DNA of 64,000 nt. Source: Felis catus. Its lineage: Eukaryota. Numbering within the stretch: position 1 is the stretch's first letter; the number at the start of each line of letters is the position of its first letter. The stretch covers positions 29,264,001-29,328,000 of the forward strand of contig NC_058372.1 of assembly GCF_018350175.1 (NCBI RefSeq), written 5' to 3'. The notes beneath the pieces were generated by a model. The model searched no databases. It was not told the origin of the DNA and worked only from the letters and a program-made list of their open reading frames with translations. Positions 1-10,571 of this stretch are shown piece after piece. The translations under genes and the position numbers were made by a program.

Positions 1-3000
1 GCTGTGGTTCGGAGAGACTTGGGCTTCTCCTTCTTCTTCTCTGGGGCCTCCTCAGCCCGGGTCTCAGCCTTCACCTCAGTCAAGGGTCGCTCAGGAGGGG
101 TGGTTCGACTCTTACCCTCTTCTTTACGTTTTTTTTTATCTTTCTCTGTTGTTAAAAAACAAAGCAGAAAAGGATTTTACTTAAAGAGAAAGACTCTCAG
201 AGATGAAGCAGGCTAATGGTACTGAAAGCCATGTTCCAGTGGGAAAGAAATAAATACAAGGGATAAAAGACTAAGGAGCTTACCAGCAGGCTGGGTACTG
301 CTCTGGGAGCGGATGACAGCCATCCAGTCACTGACAAGGACTGAAGCCAACTTCCGGAGCTCTGCAGGTGAGAGTAAGGAGAAATGCCTAAGTAATTAAA
401 AATATTACTCTTCCAATAACAGAAAACAGAGATGTTTAAAGATATACTGTGAAAACCTGTGTAACAAAAAAAGTAACTCAGAGTTTTAAGAAAAACATGG
501 GATAGGCTGAAAAACCAAACTCTTCAAAATGGAAAGATGAATTATATAGCAGTCTTCTATTCCAATTCAACACTGGGAGGGGAGGTGGGGCGGAGGTGGG
601 GAAACGGGAGAATGAACATCAATTACACATAGAATACATTATAAAAACTACATCAGTTGTTTTATGTATACTTCATGTGGTTGTTATATTCCAAAGATTT
701 TTAAACCTCCTTCACAAAGTGAGAAAGAGAAAGCTAGAAAACCAGAATGAAGCCAGTGCCAATGCTCTTCCCCTAACCAGTATTAGTTTGTGTTGTGCCT
801 AAAGACAAAATTCAAAGGAGGCAGATTTAGATCCATCTTTTTTTTTTTTTTTTTTTTTTAAGTTTGAGAGCAAGCATGAGCAAGGGAGGGGCAGAAAGGA
901 GAGAGAGAATATGAGAATACCAAACAAGCTCCATGCTGCCAGCACAGAGTTGGACTTGGGACTGGAACCCAGGAACCGTGAGATCATGACTTGAGCCAAA
1001 ACCAAGAGTCTGACCCAGGTGGCTCAGCTGGTTAAGCATCCAACTCTTGGTTTCAGCTCAGGTCATGATCTCACAGTTCGTGAGATCAGGCCCCTTATCA
1101 GGCTCCATGCTCAGAACACTGCGCCTGCTTGGCATTCTTTCTCTTCCTCTCTCTCTGCCCCTCCCCGCCTCAAAAATAAATAAACTTTATTTTTTTTCTC
1201 AACGTTTATTTATTTATTTTTTTAATTTTTTTTGGGACAGAGAGAGACAGAGCATGAACGGGGGAGGGGCAGAGAGAGAGGGAGACACAGAATCAGAAAC
1301 AGGCTCCAGGCTCTGAGCCATCAGCCCAGAGCCTGACGCGGGGCTCGAACTCACGGACCGCGAGATCGTGACCTGGCTGAAGTCGGACGCTTAACCGACT
1401 GCGCCACCCAGGTGCCCCTAAAAAATAAATAAACTTTAAAAAATCCTTTATAGCTCTTGGCTTTTGTACTTGGCAAATAACCAAATAACTATGGCACCCC
1501 TCCTCTTACCAACACTTTCACTTACAGACTCACTTAATAATGAGATTGTTTAAAACATTAAAACCTAACTTTTCAAATATTCACAAAACCAGCAATTTCT
1601 ATACTTAAGGCAACATAAACCCCAAGGCATCCCCAATGCAGGGATATTATAAACCTTTTTGGACCAAATGAAATTATGGTCTACTGAAACTTTACAGTCT
1701 GTAAGGAATATATAAATTACAGTATCCAAAGAAATTATACAAGAATTACACCTATACTCAAAAGTGGCAGCATACAATTGAGCCAACTAGAAAACAGGGA
1801 ACAATATACCCGACAATGAAGAAACAAGAGATGGGCAATGATTTAAAAGCATCTTTTGTAATGTATTTTTACATTACAAATTATTATTAAAGATACTTGT
1901 GATGTCACAAATCAGAAGTGCTCAGTATTTAAAGGGCTTAAAAACCAAGAATTAATACAGCTAAAAGAATAGAAAGCTAGAAAAGGTCTTTCACTGAAAC
2001 AATTCTGTGAGCTAAACCCTTTATCTTTGTACATTTTCTGTGTTTTCCTCTATAGCTAAAGGAACTTCAGATAGGCTTACCCAGGTCTACATGCTCCTTC
2101 CACACCCAAACCACCAAAGCCTCTTTTCAAAAGGACCTAGCACACCATTCCCTTCAGCCAAAAGAGCAAGCCTGTATTCTGACCAGGGGATTAGCTCTGC
2201 TAGAATACTGCTCACTTGTGGAATACTGGTGTCTTGTGCTTGTGGTTTGTACCCTGGGTATAACCCCCCTTTTTTTTCCACTAAAGAAAAGGCTGTAACT
2301 TTCTGGAGCCAGGCTCTGTCTTCAAGCCAGAACTGTATGGCCCTTGCCAAGGAGTCCACAACGCTTTGTCTTAGAAAAGGAAAGACTCTGTTGCCACCAA
2401 AGCTATAATCTATCTACTCCAGCAGTCAGGATTCTGTCCGTGCCCTAAAGGAAGGTGTTTACTGGTAGAAATGGTGTATCTGTTGTTAAGAAAATACACA
2501 CTGAAAGTCTCAGAATATGCTTTATATTTAGAAAAACAGAGTGATGATGACACTCTCTAGGATGATGCTATTTTCCCCAAAGAATTTTAAGTGTATACCT
2601 TTTACACCAAGAGATATTAAGAATCAGCTTCTAAAGTGCGGTGTCTTGTTTTACATTCAACAGTAGAGAAATGGACAAATCCCATTCAGAGTTGAGAACA
2701 GGAAAAGAGGACAGGTTAGAGAAGCTCAATTTTTAAAAGAAAGAGAAAAGCAAGGTGAGGTAACAAGGAGTGACAGGACAGTTCAAGGATGGAAGTCAGA
2801 CATGGCATTAACTAAGTAGAAGTAATGAGGAAGGGCTGTGACAGAAAGTAAGGACTGGCCCCTACCTTCATCCTCACTTGACTTGCTCAGTTGCTTCACC
2901 AGTTTGGCTGTGTTGTTCTATGAGAGATGGGGAGAAAAGTTAAGTGCCAGGAGGAAAATAAGTCCTCTCAGTTAACAACTGCACAAACCCACCCACAGTT

Positions 3001-5323
3001 TCTTTTATTCTTTTTTAGATTTTATTTTTAAGTATTTTTAAGTATTGGGTATTTTTAAATACCCAATGTGGGTGGGGCTTGGGCTTGAACCCGTAACTCC
3101 AAGATCAAGAGTGACACACTCTTCCGACTGAGCCAGACAGGTGCTCCAGCCACAATTTCTTTTTTTTCCTTAAGTTTATTTATTTTGAAACAGACAGACA
3201 GCATGAGTCGGGGAGGGGCAGAGAGACAGAGGACAGAGAGAGAATCCCAAGCATGCTTGCTGTCGCAGGGCTTGAACCCATGAAGGCGTGAGATCATGAC
3301 CTGAGCTGAAACCAAGAGTAAGAGGCTTAACAGTCAGCACAAAGCCCGATGTGGGGCTTGAACTCACCAACTGTGAGATCATGACCTGAGCTGAAACCAT
3401 GAGTTAGACACTTTAACTGACTGAGCCACCCAGGCACCCCTTTGTAGACATATTCATACTTAACCCTGAAAACAACCAACAATAGGGGTGCCTGGGCGGC
3501 TCAGTTGGTTATGCAACCGATTCTTGGTTTCGGCTCAGTTCATGATCTTGTGGTTTCAGGAGTTCAAGCCCCACACTGGGCCCTGCCCTAGCAGCACGGA
3601 GACTGCTTGGGATTCTCTATCCCCCTCTCTCTGTTCCTTCCCCACTTGCACTATCTCTCTCTCAAATAAATAAAACCTAAAAAAAAAAACGTGGCACATC
3701 ACTTAAAAAAAACAAAACCCCAGTAATGGATGAGAAAACTAAGGCTCAAATATATGAAGTGCCCCAACCACACATCTATTAAATTTAGTTTTCTGATACT
3801 AAATTCCCATTTTTTCTTTTTCAATTTTTTTTTTTTTTTAACAATTATTTTTGACAGAGCATGAGCAGGGGAGGGGTAGAGAGAGAGGGAGATACGGAAT
3901 CCAAAGCAGGCTCCAGGCTCTGAGCTGTCAGCACAGAGCCTGACGCGGGGCTTGAACCCACGAACCTTGAGATCATGACCTGAGTTGAAGTCGGGACACT
4001 TAACTGAGTCACCCAGGTACCCCAAATTCCTATTTTTTTCTACCACTCTCCTTCACAGGCCCAAGACTGCAATGCCATCAGTGCTACTGTGGGTATTTTA
4101 TCTGTTAGGCTAATGCAAAAAGGAAGCACTAGGGTTATAAAGACTTAAGGTACCTGCTTGAGGTGGTCCACAGTGAGTGGTAGGTGCTGCAGGGTCAGCA
4201 GAATTTGCTGCAAGAGGGGAATGTTGTTGGTTGTCTTTGAATAGGTCAGCCAATTGTTAAGAAGTTTGTAGCCACCAACATCAATAAACCTGTAGGCAGG
4301 TAGGAGAATCTGTAATGACCTTCCTAGGTTTTGGAGTGCCACATCCCACACTCTTACTCCCCCATCAATAATCTAGAAACCCAGGCCTCACCTCCCCCAC
4401 TTTCTAACATCTTCCCATCTCAGCCGCCCAGCTCCCCACTTACTTGACCAATATTTCTGGTGACTGGGTCTGCAGGAGAATGTTCAAGTAAGTGCATCGA
4501 CTCACCATCTTTCGTGCTTCCTTCATAAGACTGTAGGAGGGAAATTAAGGTTAGACATGGAGCAGCTAGAATGCCTCTTCTTTCAGCAGAAGCATCTCTA
4601 ACTGTGGGAGTGCGTTAATAATCCTAATGACTTGGGACTTTGCTACAGGGTAGGAGGGTCACACAAGCCTCTTGGAGGATGATATGGATCCAGAGTGAAA
4701 TGGAAACCTATGAGAGGATGGAAGACAATTCAGGAGACACTGAAGTCTCTGATCCAGGGAGGTGAGCATCACTGCTTCTAACACAGGACACACGTGATTC
4801 TGCTTCCTGGTCAAGAAACCTAGCACTAACAGCCATCCGTTCATAGTCTGTTCAGGACTGGTTTAGTTCTTTCCCTTCCACTGGGGAACTGGAAGGTTCC
4901 TGAGGGAAAATAACACTTTGGGTATAAGGAATGTGACCTAAAACAGAACCAAAAATTCTGCTCCCCTGCTCCCTTCCTTCCAAAGTGTGACTCCCTCAAG
5001 ACTGTGGATATCCAAATATTCAAATTCCATTATGGCCAGGAACCAAGGGATCACCTTTTCCTATCGCTTACTCTAAAATTATTGGATTCCAATCATATTC
5101 CCACTGACTCTCCCTTTCCCCTCCAAGAACACTCATTCCTGTCTGCCTTACTTAAGGTTATATTACAACATACAATATCTTCTATTCACAATGAATCCAA
5201 AGATAGGCAGACTCACCTGAAGATCTTGGAAATGCCATCCACACTCTTGACTTCCCCATCTCGGTTAAGGAAGCTATCCAGGCCCTTGAGAAGCTCTTTG
5301 GGATCTATGGGACCCGAACCCAT
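1..5323 (-). CDS. PPP1R10: PP1 regulatory subunit 10 (PNUTS), N-terminal coding exons; partial, continues beyond window start
   Basis: Coding exons 5323-5217 (ATG; [35 protein letters not shown]), 4530-4444, 4289-4154 ([45 protein letters not shown]), 2917-2866, 361-284 and 145-<1 ([16 protein letters not shown]...). All junctions are GT-AG and stay in frame. Matches the recalled PNUTS TFIIS-N-like domain. Confidence 0.97.
838..1012 (-). mobile_element. Can-SINE, 5' head missing
   Basis: Poly-T tail, (GA)n tract and SINEC core; the first ~27 nt of the head are absent. Confidence 0.9.
1013..1189 (+). mobile_element. Can-SINE, head-to-head with the previous copy
   Basis: caggtggctcagctggttaagc head, (CT)n tract and A-rich tail. 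Confidence 0.9.
1190..1418 (-). mobile_element. Young felid SINEC_Fc-type SINE nested in the tail of the previous SINE
   Basis: CpG-rich, A box TGGCGCAGTCGG and B box GTTCGAGCC intact. 18-bp TSD aaaaataaataaacttta at 1172-1189 and 1421-1438. Confidence 0.95.
3011..3147 (-). mobile_element. Short, older Can-SINE
   Basis: tRNA-like head (ctgagccagacaggtgctcc on the plus strand) and AT-rich tail. Confidence 0.8.
3156..3440 (-). mobile_element. Can-SINE with an internal head duplication
   Basis: SINEC head at 3440; identical 27-mer at 3288-3314 and 3373-3399. Confidence 0.88.
3485..3690 (+). mobile_element. Can-SINE
   Basis: ggggtgcctgggcggctcag head, (CT)n tract and poly-A. Confidence 0.9.
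3810..4023 (-). mobile_element. Can-SINE
   Basis: Poly-T, GA-rich tract and SINEC core ending at acccaggtacccc. Confidence 0.9.
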
Positions 5324-8300
5324 GATCGAGGTTTCTAAGACAAGGAAAAAGCAAACCCACAGAATAAGTGGGTGGCAAGGACAGTCCCACTATGCCCTCT
5401 AATAACTTCCATTTCTATATGTGACAAAATTCTGTGACTCATTATTCAATCTATATTCAACTACTCTCACCATTTTCTAGATATGAAAAAATCAACACAG
5501 ACCATCACACCACTGAGAAAAAAAGCCCTGGCAAGTTAAGCATGGTACTAATACAGGACTGAATGGGAAGACAATGGACTGGGCAGTACACCTTTCTCTC
5601 TTCCTCCCAGTTACATCCTTTCTAGATAGCTAACTTCACTAAATTGTATTAGGGCTAAAAAACAAGTGCCTGTAACAAAACACTCAACATTCCAAGGCAT
5701 TTTTGCTTAGTTAGTTCCTGTTTCTACTTAGCAGCTGATAAATTTGGCCTGAAAAAAACCTGTAGTTTGATAAGAACTGGGCAAATCTTGGACAGGGCTA
5801 AATGTCTTCTAAGATTAGTCGGTTCCTTTTTATCTTAGTCTTATTTAGCCATAATCACCTCAAGTGGTAGGATGAGCTCTGCTTGCATCAGGAGAAAATC
5901 AGCTAAAATGGCAGGTGATATAAAACTTGATAACAGAACCTTTCCCTCAAGAGAGTTGAGGGGAGCTCCCAGAAATGGAGACAAATGGACATAAAAGATA
6001 TCAAGCTGGCACTCCTCAGTCTTGAATAGAACTGTCATTCATTAACCAAATACTGTACATGTTTTTATTGTTTTAAAGTCAAGAGAAAGACTGCTTTGTG
6101 ATTTCAAAAGCAAAGACACAAATCTGAGCACTACTCCTCTCCAAAATCACACCACCATCCAAGATCTTCAAGAAAGGCCTGAAATTAGAAACCACAGAGG
6201 CAAAAAGAATGGAGTAGAGCTAGAAGCTGGAAAAATGCCATTAAATTCTTAAGTAGCTACTTTAGACCAGGTTAGAAAAAAGGAGCTCATTAAAAGCTAA
6301 ACTCTGTTATGGGATGAAGTGTGAAGCAATTTCTAGGCCAGAACCCAAGATAATCTTGAATCAATGTGGCTCTGATTGGGATTTTTATCCACAATACCTC
6401 TAAGTATCAACTTCTGAGAACCAAAAAAGAAAGCCACCTCAGTAATACTTGCATTTGGAATATAAGGTTAACATTGGGTAGAAAGGAGGCAAGAACAACT
6501 TCTTGCCTCCTGCTTCTAGTACAGATAACAGAATCTCAGTAGAAGGGTGGGAAAATCAGTGTTTTACAACGATGACTTAACTTTGTGCAGGAAAGAGAAC
6601 AAGTTTCTTATAAAATAACATAAATTCGTTCTATGTGTTCTCAGACAAATCAAAAAGCATAACAATCTCAACCTTTTAGTCCTCTCAACAAAAAGGCCAA
6701 CAAATTTCTAAATAGATAGGTCCTAACAACCTAAGGAAGAAGCAGCAGAAGCAGGGAAGAGGCTGGTTCTTGAGATCATAACCTGTGGGCTGAATAGAGA
6801 GGAAATAAGGTAAGAAATTCCGAGAGGTGAGCAACTCTGGGTTAACTGTGCTGTTGTTGTTGCTGCCCTGGAACCTCCACAAAGACAGGTAGAACCTGAG
6901 GTCAGAGAAAAAAACACTGAAGTAGAATACTGGATAAGATTAGAAGCCCATGAGCCAAATCCACTGAAATGTGATGATTCTTAGAGGCAGACATGGAGAT
7001 AAAGGCATTTTTTCCCATGTAGTAAGACACCATATAAAGTGATCCATAGACACTACTATACCAAGAGATACACAGACACAATGGGATATATAAACCGACT
7101 TCCCATTTGTTGGGGACTAAAAAAGCAATGAGTGAATCCAAAGTAATACATATCATCAACCAAAATATACACAATTTGACAAAAGCCTTCAATTAAGTAA
7201 CACTTTAAACCAGTGCTACCTACCCCCACCCCCACACCCCTTCCAGCCAAATACAGCTGATCCCAATGATTCAAACCAAGAGTAGGATATACATCGCCTT
7301 GGAGAACTACCTTTGGCATATCCAAGTCCGAGCTAAATCAACAGGACTGCTCCCCCTACTTCCTTCAGAAACAAAAAAGTGTCACCTGAGCTCAAATGTT
7401 CCTTCACTTAAGAGGGTGAGAGAGAAGAGAATAACCATCCCCAGGAAAGAGACCAATGAATGCAAACCTAAATTCTGTCCAGTGCCTTCTGCTGGAAATG
7501 GGAACCAGGGACAACTTTTTCATTCCCATTCATAAAAAGCAAGAATAATCAGGGGAAGCTAGAAGGCAAAGCAGATATATTAAATATTAGGTTTCCACCA
7601 TTGTTATTCCTATTTATAATTTGGAAGTATAATTAACAAAAACTAAGTTTTGTCTCCTAAGTGCCAATTGTGAGAAAATGTAAATGGGTTTTCTCATTGT
7701 TTTCCTATAGGCAAATTAGTTTTCACTAAAATTAAGGACTCCAAATGTCTTACAACCAAATTTCCTTACTTCAAAGTCAGTACATTCTGAAAGAAGCTAC
7801 AAGGCACTCAAGTGGAAAGAAACGAAGAGCCTAAATTCCTGGCACAGGCCTACAGTGGAAAAGGCAAAGGAGTTGAACAGGGAAGGAGGGGCAATAACTA
7901 AGTGTCAACATTACCTAGCCATATCTGGAGCTTGGAATGAATGCTTGAGGAAGCTTTCTGGAACCAAAAATAATCTAGGGCATGACATGTTAATTTCCTC
8001 CAAGATAGAACATACAGAATAAGAAGGGGCGGGGAGAGGGAAATAACCCCAGCCTTATCTCCACCTTCTCCTAAGCTGTGCATTCCTTCTTATGGAGGAT
8101 ATTTGCAAGCAGAGATGAGCACTACTGACACAAGGCACTGGGAAATTTTCTACCTTTCTTACCAGAAACTTAAAAAGTCCTTAAGTGACACCAACTCCTG
8201 CCTCTGAAATGAGTTTTCCTTGAGGGTTACTCAGTTAACAAGGTGAAAAATATCTAGCTTGGCGAAAATTATTCCATACCCATCACCAAGAAAAAAGAAC

Positions 8301-9696
8301 TTAATTGGTTCAGGACAAAAACCCTATGCAAATTAGAGCCCTTCTAAAGACAATCACAACACTCATAACAAGGAAGGAGTCTGAGTTTACCTTGACTTAG
8401 AGAAGTCTTAGCACTTCTGGAAATGAAAATGTTTTGTACCTGACCTCTTACACTCCCCCCACCCTTCCTTTCCTTGGTGTTTGAGGTATTTCCTAATAGG
8501 ACTCAGTGAACTGAATTAGGTCTCTTGGGTGATGTACAAGGTCTTACCTCTCCTAAGCATAAGCCCCTACCCCTTAAACTTCTTTTGAAAACCTGATACA
8601 GTGATCTCCCGGAAACCTTATTTGCCTTTCAGTAAGGATGTAAAATCACCCCCCACCTGCCAGCAAAGTATCCCAGAAAATAACTCTGGCCACAAACTAC
8701 AAGGATCAGGTTCTCCAAGGTTCTCTGGATGGATGTGGTTTCCCTATCTCCCATGTTAAGGAAGATCTTCTTTATTAATCCCCTGTTCACTAGAGATCAG
8801 GAACCCCAATGGGTAGAATGTTCAGCTCCCAAGGAAGGTATGCTGCAGAGGCACATGGCAAACTGCTTAAAAGATAAAAAACTTGTGGTCAATAGACATG
8901 TGGAAGAGTCCCTCCCACCCAATCCAAAAGTTTAAGCACTAATTGGAGAATCAGTACCCAACAGAAAATTAGCCCTGAAGTCTCACCAAGTCACCACAGG
9001 ATAGCTGTTCAAAAGGGCTTTCCAATTTTGCCCAGAAACTCCACTCTTCAAGGCAGGACTTTAAAAAATGAAAAGTATATGGACAGTTGGACAAAGATTT
9101 GACTGAAAAAGTTGGAGGAAGATAGATAAGGGACAGGATACCCAATACCACCCTCAGATAGGGCATGGCTTTGAACATGCACCAACTGCTAAAGCACTGC
9201 ACAAGTTGAAAAATGAAGACATTATTTTCCCATTAATGTTTTTAAGGAATTTCTTTCTAAAGGGAAGGAAAAAGAAATTCAAAAAGGGTGGCTCTTCGGA
9301 AAAAAGAAATGAAGGTTGTGAAATGTAATACCAGAAAGGTTTTGCTTACCAGACACCGTAGCTTGCATCCCCCTGCCTTGAGTTTACAACTGCTGCTTCC
9401 TTTCCTATTCACTTCTCATCCTAGTACCAATGTACAGGAGCTAAGCAACTGGAGAACGTGACACAGCACTGAACACAAAGAGTTTATCCCCAAACCCAGA
9501 GGTGGGATAAGGGAATAAGGGTGATTTAAAAGAAGTCCTCAGGTACCCACCCTCCCCCGTCTCATTATACAAAGCGACCAAATGCAGGCCCAAGGACTGG
9601 TTCCTGGACAGAAAGGGCACATTTCAGTATTAGGCCCCACTTGTCTATTCAAGTCACTTCCACAAGTTCTCCTTTCCCCAGTATCCCCCACACCAC

Positions 9697-9781
9697 ACCA
9701 CACCTACATACATACATGCACACAGCTCTCACACACACACACACACACACCCACACACACCCACACACACGCACACACCAC
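9697..9781. repeat. Interrupted (CA)n microsatellite in the PPP1R10 5' intron
   Basis: cacacacac runs with short interruptions. Confidence 0.9.
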
Positions 9782-10571
9782 CAGAAGGCTCCCAGTCTTA
9801 AAGTATAGTTGGTTTGACTGGTTTTCCACCCCTGGCAACTGAAGCGGGGAAAATTTCCAAGCTGTTGTGATGAGTGAAGGAAGATGAAAATAAAAGCAAC
9901 AGGCTTTGATTGTTAAATATAAAAACTAGAGCTGCCCAGGAGATGGACAACTTCAAGACCTAATCCCTATAAGCTTTTCCCTCTTAAGAATATAAAAGAT
10001 CCTCTAAATACAGAAAATGTCTTTTCCTGTCTAGCAGCAGCGTGCACAGGGAGTCCAGAAAGCATCTGCTCAGGGGTGGAGTTTCAAGAGGGTGGAGAGG
10101 AAGAAAGCTGATTACATCACCTTTCCATGCTGCTCCTCCCCCTTGACCAAGTTTCTAGGGCGGCCCTAAGCTCTGGATGGCAAAAGGGGGAGAAAAAACA
10201 ACAAAGAAGCAGGGACGACGCCATTTTGTAATGGAGAAGAGGAAAACTTAAAAAAGCTATTCCGGCTCTGCCGGCAGCTAGTTACATTAGAAAACAACCC
10301 TTCTCAGTAAAATACCCCAAACCAGCCACCCACCCTGAATGGTCTTTAACCTAATTTGAGTAAAAGAGTTGTGAAAATAAAACCAATTAAAATATTTAAA
10401 AGAACATTTTTCTGTGGGGAAGAATTGAATTTGCAATTGAGGTTCAACCTGCTACCATCGACCACCCCCATCCTCCCTATAAAGGGAAAGGGGGAGGACT
10501 TGGACCCCTCTCAACAAATAGGGTTGAGGTGGGAGGACAGGAGAAAAATGGGCCAAGACACAACCTGCAAC

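Noticed and set aside
1380-1418. tRNA-like A/B-box sequences at SINE heads
   Set aside because: These are the tRNA-derived heads of Can-SINEs; there is no complete cloverleaf or acceptor stem, so no tRNA gene is called.
799-1484. Recurrent '[16 protein letters not shown]...' ORFs here and at 3055-4046, 19511-19711, 40882-41235, 53590-53866 and elsewhere
   Set aside because: Translations of Can-SINE consensus sequence, not a gene family.
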